DNA of 64,000 bases, taken from positions 1 to 64,000 of the forward strand of contig CBDUQR010000003.1 in assembly GCA_965369655.1 (NCBI GenBank), read 5' to 3'. Below, in pieces: positions 22,260 to 32,062 of the stretch (positions within the stretch are counted from its first letter, which is position 1; the number at the start of each line of letters is the position of its first letter). The notes under the pieces are model-generated. The model was not told the origin of the DNA. It was given only the letters and a program-made list of their open reading frames with translations, and searched no databases. The translations under genes and the position numbers were made by a program. Source of the stretch: an uncultured bacterium. GTDB lineage: Bacteria; Zixibacteria; MSB-5A5; JAABVY01; JAHJOQ01.

Positions 22260-22748
22260 ATGGCTTTACCGTTCTACATGACGCTCACAGGTGAGACGCA
22301 GGGCAGCATTCAGGGTTGGTGCCCAGCGATGGGGCACGAGAACGAAGTGCAATGCCACGCTCTTGATCAGAGCATACGCATTCCCTACAACGACAAGACC
22401 GGTCAACCGCAGGGACTGCGCATCCACGGCCCGATCAAGATCACGAAGTCGTTCGACAAGGCGTCTCCTCTGCTCTATCAGGGGCTGGTGACAGGCGAGC
22501 GTATGAGCGAAGTGGCATTCAAGTTTTTCCGCATCGCGAAGATGGGTGAAGAGGAGCATTACTTCTCGATCACTCTGAAGAATGCAACTATCGTTGATAT
22601 CCATCCGACCATGTTGAACCACTTCGACGAGAAGCTGGCCAAACATGATCACACGGAGGAAGTCTCGTTCACCTACGAACAGATTGAATGGCGCTGGGAG
22701 CCGGACGGCATTGCCGCAATGGATCAGGCCGTCAGCACCGGCGCGTAG
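22260..22748 (+). CDS. hcp: T6SS tube protein Hcp/TssD
   Basis: GETQGSIQG, RIHGPIKITKSFDKASPLL, EEVSFTYEQIEW. Confidence 0.95.
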   Translation: MALPFYMTLTGETQGSIQGWCPAMGHENEVQCHALDQSIRIPYNDKTGQPQGLRIHGPIKITKSFDKASPLLYQGLVTGERMSEVAFKFFRIAKMGEEEHYFSITLKNATIVDIHPTMLNHFDEKLAKHDHTEEVSFTYEQIEWRWEPDGIAAMDQAVSTGA

Positions 22749-22767
22749 TCTGTCCTGAGCTGGCGAC

Positions 22768-23196
22768 ATGAACTACAGTTCGGGAGTTCGACTCTGGACA
22801 AGGCTTGGACAGGCGACAGAGGGCGACTACCGCACCGATGACTATCGTGAGAACTTGCGTGAGGTGCTCGACTCGGTTCGTGAGCACCTCACCTGGCTGT
22901 TGAATACCCGTCAGGGCGATGCCCCCGCATGCGCTTCCTATGGATTGCCCGACCTGGCTGGCGTGGTGGCCGGTCTGCCCAAGCTCGAGAACAAGTTCTG
23001 CAAAGCCCTCGAGGCGAGCATTCGTGAGCACGAGCCAAGAATATCCTGGGTTCGTGTCCGACTGAACGACAGCGCGCCGAGCGACAGTATACGGATTGAC
23101 TTCACTGTCGAACTGATGCTCAAGTCCCAGCAGGATTCCGAAAAGCGACGCCTTACCGGAGCCGTCGATATCGACACCGTGTTTAAGCTGTCTTAA
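22768..23196 (+). CDS. tssE: T6SS baseplate TssE (gp25-like)
   Basis: LLNTRQG, YGLPDL, HEPRI. Confidence 0.92.
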   Translation: MNYSSGVRLWTRLGQATEGDYRTDDYRENLREVLDSVREHLTWLLNTRQGDAPACASYGLPDLAGVVAGLPKLENKFCKALEASIREHEPRISWVRVRLNDSAPSDSIRIDFTVELMLKSQQDSEKRRLTGAVDIDTVFKLS

Positions 23197-23199
23197 AGT

Positions 23200-24984
23200 A
23201 TGAGCTATAAGTATTACCAAAACGAACTGAATTATCTCCGGGCGCTCGGAGCGGAATTCGCACAGCGTTACCCTGAAAGCGCGAGTCTGCTCGGTGCGGG
23301 AGCGAGAGATCCCGATGTGGAGCGTCTGCTTCAGGGCTTCGCATTCCTCACAGCGAGAATCCACGAACGGCTTGACGATCAGTTCAGCCAGGTTGCGGAA
23401 GGATTCCTGTCTGTCTTGTGGCCGCAGGTGCTCAAGCCAATCCCTTCGATCACGATGGTTCAGTTCTATCCGGACCGGCAACTGCTGAAAAAAGACATCA
23501 CGCTGCCCAGGCAGATTGAGCTCAAGTCGAAACGTTACTCGTGGGGACAGTACAGATTTCAAACATGCCGCCCGGTAACCATGTATCCATTCTCGCTGTC
23601 GAATGCATCCCTGGAGGAACGCGACGATTCATCATTCCTGAGGCTCACATTCGAGGTCTTCCCCGGAGCCACCCTCAGCGATTCGGATCTGGGTTCTCTG
23701 CTGATCCATATCTCCGGTGATGATCCACGATTCACATACGGTTGGCTGCAGTGGCTGACACAGCACGCCCGTAGCGCTGTCCTGATATCCGACTCCGGCG
23801 ATCGATCGGTCGAGGTGAAACTCCACCCGGTTGGATTCTCAGATGATATCGAGAATGAAGTCCTGTTTCCGGACGCATACGACGAGGTGCCTGGACACAG
23901 GACTCTTAGCGAATTCTTTTCATTCCCCGAGCATTTTCATTTCATCAGGGTCGATAGTCTCGAGCCGCTGAGATTGATGGAAATCGAATCTCGTTTTGAG
24001 CTGTTGATCGATTTCGGGCATGAGAGATCGTTGTCGGGTGCGATCCGAAATGTTTCGAGGGACTCTTTCAAGCTCTACTGCACACCGGCTGTCAACCTGT
24101 TCGAGTCATTCGCGAGAATATCGCTCGACCACACGAGAAGTGAGTATGTGGCGAGATCGGACGAGATAGACATCGAGCACCATGAAGTCTATTCGATACT
24201 GGATGTCACCGGCATAGAGAAAGGCATCGAAGGAAAGCGCGTCACACACAGGCCGTATTACTCGCAGCTCCTGTCCGGCGATGGTTCTGCTGAGCAGATG
24301 CGATACCGTGTTCGCTTCGACGACATCCACGTCAAGCGCGGCAACAGGTCCCTGCCGGGTCGGGAGTGCTTCATTTCTTTCGACCAGAGTGAACCGACGC
24401 GCGATATGGCGATACAGTCGGTGTCCATCGAAATGCTGTGCACCAACAGAGGCGGGGCGACATCGATGCGACGCGGTGATCTGAACCAGCCGAGCGAGAT
24501 GGTACCTGCCAATGTCACCTTCGCCAACATCAGCGAACCGACGCAGCTCAGACCCGCGCCCGGCTCACCGGCGAATCTGTGGCTGCTGATCTCGGGTTTT
24601 GCCATGTCGCACAGAACAGTATTGCCTCGAATGGGCGCCGCAAGCATCGAGAATCTCAAAGCAATTCTTCAATTTCACGGTCGCGACGGTTCCGGGCAGC
24701 ATTCTGCAGCCGACAGATGGCTGACAGGTCTGGAGGGGGTCTCTATAGAACCGGGAATCACCGCCGAAGACGGCGCGCCACTCAGGATACTCAATACCTG
24801 CATCGACTTCCACTGCGAATATGACAGGATTCCGGAATTCTACCTTTTCGGGCTGGTGCTGAGCGAATTCATGAGAAGGACGGCAACAATCAACACGAGA
24901 ATGGGATTCCGGTATCGATTCAACGGTGACGACCGGCAGGCGCTCGTGTGGCCGCAAAGGACCGGCACGTGTACGATTCTGTAA
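23200..24984 (+). CDS. tssF: T6SS baseplate TssF
   Basis: YYQNELNYLR.LGAEFAQRYP, DPDVERLLQGFAFL, LYCTPAVNLF. Confidence 0.95.
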   Translation: MSYKYYQNELNYLRALGAEFAQRYPESASLLGAGARDPDVERLLQGFAFLTARIHERLDDQFSQVAEGFLSVLWPQVLKPIPSITMVQFYPDRQLLKKDITLPRQIELKSKRYSWGQYRFQTCRPVTMYPFSLSNASLEERDDSSFLRLTFEVFPGATLSDSDLGSLLIHISGDDPRFTYGWLQWLTQHARSAVLISDSGDRSVEVKLHPVGFSDDIENEVLFPDAYDEVPGHRTLSEFFSFPEHFHFIRVDSLEPLRLMEIESRFELLIDFGHERSLSGAIRNVSRDSFKLYCTPAVNLFESFARISLDHTRSEYVARSDEIDIEHHEVYSILDVTGIEKGIEGKRVTHRPYYSQLLSGDGSAEQMRYRVRFDDIHVKRGNRSLPGRECFISFDQSEPTRDMAIQSVSIEMLCTNRGGATSMRRGDLNQPSEMVPANVTFANISEPTQLRPAPGSPANLWLLISGFAMSHRTVLPRMGAASIENLKAILQFHGRDGSGQHSAADRWLTGLEGVSIEPGITAEDGAPLRILNTCIDFHCEYDRIPEFYLFGLVLSEFMRRTATINTRMGFRYRFNGDDRQALVWPQRTGTCTIL

Positions 24985-26075
24985 TCGACAAGCTCGTTGA
25001 GGAGCCATATAGCTTCTCGCTCTTCCAGGCGATTTACCTTGTGGAGGAGACCGCCGGTGTCTCCGACCGGGTCGGCCATTTCGGAAACCCTGAACACGAA
25101 GTGATCAGGATCCGAAATGTCGCTGCGCTCACTTTTCCAGCAAGCCAGATCAACTCGGTCGAAGTGATCGAGGATGGTGACAAAAAGCGATACTGTCTGT
25201 CGACTCCGATCATGGGACTGTATGGAATCCTGTCTCCCCTCCCGACTATGTACACATCCTCGCTCATAGGCGAGCAGGAAGATGGTGAGAGGGATCGAGC
25301 ACGACTGATGGCCTTCCTCGACATTTTCAACCATCGTCTTCTATCGCTTGCATACCGGGCAGACGGCTATCGTCACATCCATCGAAGCGACCGGAAAAGC
25401 GACGGACAGGATGATCGGGGAAATTCATTTGAATCGTCTATTTTCTCGCTGACCGGAGTATTGAATCAGACTGCGCGTGTACAACTCGGCGACTGGATAT
25501 TTTCATATTTGCCATCTAACCGGATGCTTGCTTTCGGCGCAAGATCCGCCGCCGGCCTCAAGGCATGGCTCAGGTTCTATTATCCGGACTACTGCGTCAC
25601 GATCGAGGAATTCACACCGCACTGGACGAGGATTCCTGTGGACGAGCTTGCCATGCTGGGCACCACAAACTGCAGACTTGCGGGTGACGACGGAGACTCC
25701 GGTCATGGAACCACTATCGGAGAATGGATTCTCGACCGCGAAACCAGGTTCAGGGTAACTCTCGGTCCACTTGACTGGGACGAGTTTCTTGCACTGTTGC
25801 CCGGCAGCAAAGACCACAATAGCATGCTGGAGCTCATTCTACTATTCACACCGGACATGCTTGAGTTCGATTTCAAGTTGAGGTTGATCGCCGACGAATG
25901 TCATCATCTTCGCGTCTGTCTCGATGGTGAAACATCGAGGCTGGGCCTGACCACAGGGCTGTTTTCCGAACATGGATCAGATACGGAATTGCAATTAGTT
26001 CTTGATATCTGCCACGCTGATCCAATGAGTGAACACCCTTCATTGAAGGAGCATGCAAATGGCAGAGCCGCTTAA
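24948..26075 (+). CDS. tssG: T6SS baseplate TssG
   Basis: FSLFQAI, GLYGILSPLP..YT, FLDIFNHRLL, LGLTT. Confidence 0.93.
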   Translation: MAAKDRHVYDSVIDKLVEEPYSFSLFQAIYLVEETAGVSDRVGHFGNPEHEVIRIRNVAALTFPASQINSVEVIEDGDKKRYCLSTPIMGLYGILSPLPTMYTSSLIGEQEDGERDRARLMAFLDIFNHRLLSLAYRADGYRHIHRSDRKSDGQDDRGNSFESSIFSLTGVLNQTARVQLGDWIFSYLPSNRMLAFGARSAAGLKAWLRFYYPDYCVTIEEFTPHWTRIPVDELAMLGTTNCRLAGDDGDSGHGTTIGEWILDRETRFRVTLGPLDWDEFLALLPGSKDHNSMLELILLFTPDMLEFDFKLRLIADECHHLRVCLDGETSRLGLTTGLFSEHGSDTELQLVLDICHADPMSEHPSLKEHANGRAA

Positions 26076-28107
26076 AGCCAACGAGCCGCATTTCATAGTC
26101 GAAGTGGAAGGCGTCGGAGCACCTCTCCGCGTCATCCAGTTCAAGGGTGAGGAAGGCCTGTCGCAGCTCTTCCATTTCGAAGTACAGATCGAGTCGGATC
26201 AGATGGATATCATGCCGGAAGATGTCGTAGGACAGAAGGCAAGCCTGACTATTTCGACCCAGGGGAATTTCAGGAAGATATCAGGCCTGATAAGTCGCTT
26301 CGAGTTCACCGGAATCGAGCGAGATGTCGGCGTCTACGTCGCCGATTTGAGCCCGGAACTCTATCGACTCGGGCAGATTCGTCAATCGAGAATGTTCCAG
26401 GAGATGACTGTCACGGACATCCTGAAAGACGTACTCGAAACAGCGGGGCTTCCGAGCGACACATTCAGAATGTCCTGCAATGTCAGTTACGAGCCGTGGG
26501 AATATTGTGTCCAGTACCGCGAGTCTGATCTCGATTTCTTCAATCGTATCGCTGAGAAGGCCGGGATATTCTACTTCTTCGAGCACACCGAGGACGGCTC
26601 AGTGCTTGTCATAGGCGATTCGTCGGGTGTACATCCGCCGATCACTGGTGACGACTCGGTGCGATTTCATGCTCCGGGAGGTCCGGTCGACTACGCGGAT
26701 TTCATGTACGACTTCAGAATGACTCACGCGCTGAGATCGACGAAGCACACGATACGCGACTACAATTTCAAGTCGCCGCAACTCGACCTCACGTCGGAGG
26801 CGACAGGTGAGCTCTCCAACGACCTCGAGGACTACGATTACCCCGGCGAATTCGTGAGTCAGGATTCGGGCGCTTTGTTCGCTCAAGTCAGGATGGAGCG
26901 GCAGGAATGCTCGAGATTCAACGGGTCAGGCCAGACCAACAGCGTTCGGTTCGCCCCCGGATCGACTTTCAATCTGATCAATCACGTCGTCGATGGCTAC
27001 AACGAGACATATCTCATAACCGGCGCTTCTCACACCGGTGCACAGCCGACGCCCGACAATGTCGACTACGGCGGCATCGGCTATGGCTGCGAATTTCGAT
27101 TTCAACCGGCCCGCCTGTCGTTTCGTCCGCCCGCACGAACACGCAAACCGATTGTCGAAGGCAGCCAAACCGCGACCGTGAGCGGTCCCGACGGCGACGA
27201 AATATTCAGCGACGAATTTTGCAGGATCAAGGTCAGGTTTCACTGGGATCGATCTGATTCTCCAAACCACCAGAGCTCATGCTGGATAAGGGTGGCGCAG
27301 ACATGGGCAGGCAAGGGCTGGGGAGCTGCAGTAATCCCCCGCATCGGCCAGGAAGTTGTCGTGGATTTCCTCGAAGGCGATCCAGACCGCCCCATAATCA
27401 CCGGAAGCGTCTACAACGGACTGAACATGCCGCCGTACGCCCTTCCCGACAAGCAGACTGTTGCGACGTTCAAGTCCGACAGTTCGCTGGGGGGTGGAGG
27501 ATACAACGAGATCAGATTCGAGGACGAGAAAGGCTCCGAAGAGATTTTCCAGCACGCGCAGAAGGACCTGAAAATAATCACCGAGAACGACAAGAATCAG
27601 ACGACCGGCAACAATGAGACCTTGCGTATCAAAAGCAACCGCACCAAAACCGTCGACAAGAACGAACAGACTTCTATCGGAGGTAACCGATCCGAATCGG
27701 TGAAGGGCAACGAATCGATTTCTATCGATGGTAGCCGTTCAGTCACCATAAAAAAGAACGAGACATTCTCTGTCGATCAGTCTCGAACGCTCACGGTCAG
27801 TAAGAATCAATCACTCGATGTTGGGAACAACGCAACAGTCAATATTGGCAAGAACTCTTCCGTTTCAGTTGGAGATAATGAGGAGATTCAGATCGGCAAG
27901 GATCTCAAGGTCTCCATCGGCAAGAAATATGGTTGCTCTGCCGGCGACAGCATCCTGATATCGAGCGACAAGGAGATTACACTCAAGAGCGGCAGCGCCT
28001 CGATTGTCTTGAAGAAGAATGGAGATATCACGATCAAGGGCAAGAATATAAACGTCAAGGGCTCCGGCAAGGTAGTCCTCAAAGGTTCGAAAGTAACTCA
28101 CAATTGA
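26059..28107 (+). CDS. vgrG: T6SS spike VgrG/TssI with gp5-like C-terminal beta repeats
   Basis: GEEGLSQLF, YCVQYRESD, VRFHWDR, PRIGQEVVVDFLEGDPDRP, NEIRFED..G.EE. No obvious toxic extension. Confidence 0.97.
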   Translation: MAEPLKANEPHFIVEVEGVGAPLRVIQFKGEEGLSQLFHFEVQIESDQMDIMPEDVVGQKASLTISTQGNFRKISGLISRFEFTGIERDVGVYVADLSPELYRLGQIRQSRMFQEMTVTDILKDVLETAGLPSDTFRMSCNVSYEPWEYCVQYRESDLDFFNRIAEKAGIFYFFEHTEDGSVLVIGDSSGVHPPITGDDSVRFHAPGGPVDYADFMYDFRMTHALRSTKHTIRDYNFKSPQLDLTSEATGELSNDLEDYDYPGEFVSQDSGALFAQVRMERQECSRFNGSGQTNSVRFAPGSTFNLINHVVDGYNETYLITGASHTGAQPTPDNVDYGGIGYGCEFRFQPARLSFRPPARTRKPIVEGSQTATVSGPDGDEIFSDEFCRIKVRFHWDRSDSPNHQSSCWIRVAQTWAGKGWGAAVIPRIGQEVVVDFLEGDPDRPIITGSVYNGLNMPPYALPDKQTVATFKSDSSLGGGGYNEIRFEDEKGSEEIFQHAQKDLKIITENDKNQTTGNNETLRIKSNRTKTVDKNEQTSIGGNRSESVKGNESISIDGSRSVTIKKNETFSVDQSRTLTVSKNQSLDVGNNATVNIGKNSSVSVGDNEEIQIGKDLKVSIGKKYGCSAGDSILISSDKEITLKSGSASIVLKKNGDITIKGKNINVKGSGKVVLKGSKVTHN

Positions 28108-28121
28108 CCGAGGATATAAGC

Positions 28122-28589
28122 ATGCCAATAGATTCAATCCTGGCGTCAGAGCCAACAACACAGCAGTATGTCAGCCGAGGTGTCCTGCGGCAGATCCGGG
28201 AGGACGGCCGACTCATGGTCGAGATTGAGAACCACGGAACGGGCCCTGTCGCGTGCGATTTCCTGACCACCGGTTCGAACTCTCGGCTCAGACTCGAACC
28301 GGGAGATCATGTTCTCATAGCGCCTCCCGCTTCTGAGACGGGACGTTGGTGTGTGCTCGGAAGGATTGGGACCTATTGTCCGCCTGATGATGATTTATCT
28401 GACGAGAGCACCCGCACGATCCGGAAGAAGAACATCGAGATTGTTGCCGACTCGAAGCTGGTCTTGCGGTGCGGCGAGGGATCGCTCACTGTGCGCGAAG
28501 ACGGCACTGTCATCGTCAAGGGGAGCAGAATTCTGAGTCGATCAAAAGGTGTCAACAAAATCAAGGGTGCGTCGGTACAACTGAACTAA
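28122..28589 (+). CDS. VgrG-associated protein (DUF6484-like)
   Basis: LVLRCGEGSLTV..DG.VIVKG..ILSRSKGVNKIKGASVQLN C-terminus, typical of genes between vgrG and DUF2169. Confidence 0.7.
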   Translation: MPIDSILASEPTTQQYVSRGVLRQIREDGRLMVEIENHGTGPVACDFLTTGSNSRLRLEPGDHVLIAPPASETGRWCVLGRIGTYCPPDDDLSDESTRTIRKKNIEIVADSKLVLRCGEGSLTVREDGTVIVKGSRILSRSKGVNKIKGASVQLN

Positions 28590-28600
28590 GTCGTGTCGCC

Positions 28601-29626
28601 ATGCTGCAAGTAGAGAATACAACTCCGTTCAAGACAGCGTTTGCGCTGTTTACTGACCAGGAGGGCGTCGATACTGTTTACCCGATCATCAAGGGTACGT
28701 TTGACATATCGAGTGAGTTGAAACCGTCGAATTCCCAGCTTCCCCTGGTCGAAGCCGACGAGTATACCGGAGAGCCGGGCGAATCGAGCATAGTTCGGGC
28801 CGCCGAGTTCGCTCCGATGAAGCCTGCGACAGACCTGCTCCTGACAGGACACGCGTATCCTCCGGGCGGCAGACCGGCTCAACGGGTTGATGTCACACTG
28901 TCGGTGGCGGGCAGAGTTCGGACGGTCAGAGTCGTCGGTGACAGAACGTGGAAGAACGGATTCTTCGGCCCATCGATATCAGACCCGGAGCCGTTCGAGA
29001 AAATCCCACTGATCTATGAAAGAGCTTTCGGCGGCACTGATGTCATTGCAAAGAGCGGTGCACTGGCAGCACACGAACAGAACCCGGTCGGCACAGGATA
29101 CCTTCATCCGAAGGGATCAAAGAACTTCGAGGGAGCACCGCTGCCCAACCTTGAGGACCCTCAGCATCCGATTCAACGCCCGAAGAACTCGCCCCCGACT
29201 GCATGTTTTGGCCCAGTCTGTGCGAGTTGGCTTCCGAGACGACAGTATGCAGGGACCTACGACGAGAAATGGCAGAAAGAGCGCGCTCCGTTTCTGCCTG
29301 ATGATTTCGACCCGCGTTTCCTGAATGTTGCACCCGAAAGTCAGGTGTTTAGTCCCTACCTGTCCGGTGGTGAGGAAGTGACGGTCATCAACGCGTCTCC
29401 AGATGGCAGGCTATCCTTCACACTTCCTCTGATCGAATTCAACGTAACGATAGTGATTGAGGGTCATGATGAGCAGGTCGAAGTCAATCTCGATACTGTA
29501 TGCATCGAACCCGACGACTCGCTTCTGACAATGATCTGGCGGGGCAGGCACAGCATCGACAAGAAGATGCTCAAGATCGAGAAGGCTGTGTTCTGTATCA
29601 AAAGCTCAGGCATAAAGGATTTGTGA
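28601..29626 (+). CDS. DUF2169 T6SS effector adaptor
   Basis: IKGTF, KPATD..L.GHAY, V.GDR.W, YERAFGG, NPVG.G, R..YAGTYD. Confidence 0.9.
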   Translation: MLQVENTTPFKTAFALFTDQEGVDTVYPIIKGTFDISSELKPSNSQLPLVEADEYTGEPGESSIVRAAEFAPMKPATDLLLTGHAYPPGGRPAQRVDVTLSVAGRVRTVRVVGDRTWKNGFFGPSISDPEPFEKIPLIYERAFGGTDVIAKSGALAAHEQNPVGTGYLHPKGSKNFEGAPLPNLEDPQHPIQRPKNSPPTACFGPVCASWLPRRQYAGTYDEKWQKERAPFLPDDFDPRFLNVAPESQVFSPYLSGGEEVTVINASPDGRLSFTLPLIEFNVTIVIEGHDEQVEVNLDTVCIEPDDSLLTMIWRGRHSIDKKMLKIEKAVFCIKSSGIKDL

Positions 29627-30687
29627 TGAATAGCGCCGCGATCATAGGAATCGGCATGATCACACCGCTCGGCCTGAGCGCGGAGCAGACCGCAGCAAGT
29701 ATACACGCCGGACTCTCCGCATTCGACGAGAGCTCAATCATGGATGCAGCTTTTGATCCCATCGTACTCGCATCTCTTCCGGACGATGTGCTTGGAAATA
29801 TGAATCCTGAACTCGCCAAAGAGGAATTCCTGACGCAAAGAGAATCACGATTGCTCAGACTGGCTGCACAAGCCATTGAAAGCGCACTTGCCCCTCTGAG
29901 TGACCCAGGTGTCATGCCATCGCTCTATATCGGGTTGCCTACTATGAATGGCCAGATCGCGTTCGACCCGGATCGGTTTCTCAGGAGACTGCATATACAG
30001 TCTGGAGAGGCATTCGATGTTTCTCGCAGTTCCGTCACGGCAAGGGGTCGCGCCTCGGGACTGAACGCTGTCCATGACGCCGTCGTCGCGATCGCACAGG
30101 GAAAAGAAGAGATCGTTCTGGCGGGAGGTGCGGACACATTCATCGATCTCTACACTCTGGCGACTATGGATCACGAGAAAAGAATATCATCGGATCGTTC
30201 GATGGACGGGTTCATTCCGGGCGAAGGCGCTGCGTTCCTGCTGCTGGCTGCGGAGGATCACATCGGATCAGGCGCTCAGGTGCTGGGCAGAATTCTGTCC
30301 ACGTCCACAGGCGAAGAGCCGGGACACATGTACAGCGATGAGCCATACAAAGGTGAGGGACTTTCCGGAACGCTGGCGAAGCTGTTCGAGCAACTCGGCG
30401 ACCTGGGGACGCCTATTCCGACCGTCTTCTCCAGCATGAACGGCGAGAGCCATTTCGGCAAGGAATGGGGCGTATCGTACATCCGGTTCAGCGACAAAAT
30501 CGAGAATGACTATCGAATCGAACATCCTGCTGACTGCATCGGCGATACCGGTGCAGCATGCGGCCCGATCATGATCGGGCTTGCACTTGCCGGATTCAAC
30601 AATGACTACCTGAACAACCCGGCGCTGGTGTATGCCTCATCGGATCGCGAAAGCCGGGCGGCATGCGTGGTCGATAAAATAGAGTAG
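29626..30687 (+). CDS. Thiolase/beta-ketoacyl-synthase-like T6SS accessory (PRK06147-like)
   Basis: G.ITPLG, LAGGAD, FIPGEGAA, MNGE, HPADCIGDTGAA. Lies between DUF2169 and PAAR. Confidence 0.85.
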   Translation: MNSAAIIGIGMITPLGLSAEQTAASIHAGLSAFDESSIMDAAFDPIVLASLPDDVLGNMNPELAKEEFLTQRESRLLRLAAQAIESALAPLSDPGVMPSLYIGLPTMNGQIAFDPDRFLRRLHIQSGEAFDVSRSSVTARGRASGLNAVHDAVVAIAQGKEEIVLAGGADTFIDLYTLATMDHEKRISSDRSMDGFIPGEGAAFLLLAAEDHIGSGAQVLGRILSTSTGEEPGHMYSDEPYKGEGLSGTLAKLFEQLGDLGTPIPTVFSSMNGESHFGKEWGVSYIRFSDKIENDYRIEHPADCIGDTGAACGPIMIGLALAGFNNDYLNNPALVYASSDRESRAACVVDKIE

Positions 30688-30694
30688 GATAAAC

Positions 30695-31075
30695 ATGTCA
30701 CAGACAACATTCGCAAATATGCGCGGAATTACCCACAAGGGAAGTGGCGGAATGAGCACCGTTTTCCCGGACATATGCAAGACTCCAACACCCGGCGGAC
30801 CGGTGCCAATCCCGTATCCGAACATAGGCAAAGCATCCGATACCACGAAAGGTCCGAAGAAGGTCACGACCGACGGTCAGATGCCGATGGTCAAGGGGGC
30901 CACGTACATGATGAGTACGGGCGACGAAGCAGGGACTGTCGGTGGAGTGATCAGCAGCAAATTCAAGGGCGAATGCGAATTCATGCTATACTCGATGGAC
31001 GTCAAGTTCGAGGGTAAGAATGTCTGCCGAATGGGTGACATGCTGTTCCACAACAAGAAAAATATAATGGGGTAG
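30695..31075 (+). CDS. PAAR-like (DUF4150) spike-tip protein
   Basis: FPDICKTPTPGGPVPIPYPN, STGDEAGT.GG, V.FEGKNVCR. Confidence 0.93.
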   Translation: MSQTTFANMRGITHKGSGGMSTVFPDICKTPTPGGPVPIPYPNIGKASDTTKGPKKVTTDGQMPMVKGATYMMSTGDEAGTVGGVISSKFKGECEFMLYSMDVKFEGKNVCRMGDMLFHNKKNIMG

Positions 31076-31078
31076 GAT

Positions 31079-32038
31079 ATGCCACAGGTCGGGGAATCAG
31101 TTGCAGTAGTAGCGTTCGGAGACGAAAAATGGAAATGTCCGTTTTCACATGACGATGAACAGAAGGACTATCGAAACATCTTTATCGGGCGCGGGACTAC
31201 TCTGGGCAAGTACATGGCGAAAGGCAAGCCCACGAGCAACAATCCCAACTATGGCAAGAATGAACGAATGGTAGCGGAGCCAGACCCCAGAGAGCAAAAG
31301 GGACACGCTCTCAATCAGAAAGATCACCCCAGACCGGTGCGGATCTGGCATGACGGTGAACTGACAGAATGGCCTGTGACAAGTGCCGCTCATCATCTCA
31401 TCCCTGCTCAGGAGTCGCTCGCGAGATCCGACCTGCTAAAATGGATGATCAACAAGGATAAGCCCGGCAAGATAAAGAAGGGCAAGTCGACCGAGACCAA
31501 GAATGGCACAGTAGAAAACGACATTGGATATAACGTGAACGGTGCACAAAACGGGGTGTGGCTGCCCGGACCATACGCCATGCAGGGGATTTGGGCTTCT
31601 TTCCTGTCTTTCACCGACAAAGAAGATGAGCACCCACCACGATCCGGTGTACAACCGAAAGATAGAACGGCGCTGCTGGATAATTCCGACAACCAATTCG
31701 ATTACGCCGTAGCTGCGATGCGCATCGCATTCGCTCAGTTCCACGATCGACACGTGAAGTATAGTAAGTTTGTTCTGCTTGCTCTGAATCGACTCGCCGC
31801 CAAACTTGCGACAACCGTGACAGAGATCGGAGGATTCTGTAAGGAATGCGAGGAAAAAGTAAATGACGGCAAGATTCCTCCCCCTTATTCGTTGATACCA
31901 CGTCTAAATGGCGTATCGAGTCGTCTTCGCGGTCGCCTTGAGGGCGGGCCAGGTGGCTGGAGACTGAACATCTTCACGTCCAACAGGGCATTTCTGTTCA
32001 TGAAGAAACCGAACTGCGACCCGTCAAGGAAACCGTAG
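31079..32038 (+). CDS. AHH-family (HNH/EndoVII) nuclease toxin, putative T6SS effector
   Basis: AAHHLIP, YNVNG.QNGVWLP and QFH..H..Y motifs, immediately after PAAR. Confidence 0.82.
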   Translation: MPQVGESVAVVAFGDEKWKCPFSHDDEQKDYRNIFIGRGTTLGKYMAKGKPTSNNPNYGKNERMVAEPDPREQKGHALNQKDHPRPVRIWHDGELTEWPVTSAAHHLIPAQESLARSDLLKWMINKDKPGKIKKGKSTETKNGTVENDIGYNVNGAQNGVWLPGPYAMQGIWASFLSFTDKEDEHPPRSGVQPKDRTALLDNSDNQFDYAVAAMRIAFAQFHDRHVKYSKFVLLALNRLAAKLATTVTEIGGFCKECEEKVNDGKIPPPYSLIPRLNGVSSRLRGRLEGGPGGWRLNIFTSNRAFLFMKKPNCDPSRKP

Positions 32039-32062
32039 AATAGAAGCAGATGGAGAGAAGTC

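Noticed and set aside
21189-23562. 344-aa and 276-aa minus-strand ORFs
   Set aside because: Antisense shadows of tssC and tssE/tssF.
20167-28107. Prophage tail or eCIS interpretation
   Set aside because: The TssJLM membrane complex, TssK and TssA are present, with no capsid, terminase, integrase or tape-measure gene.
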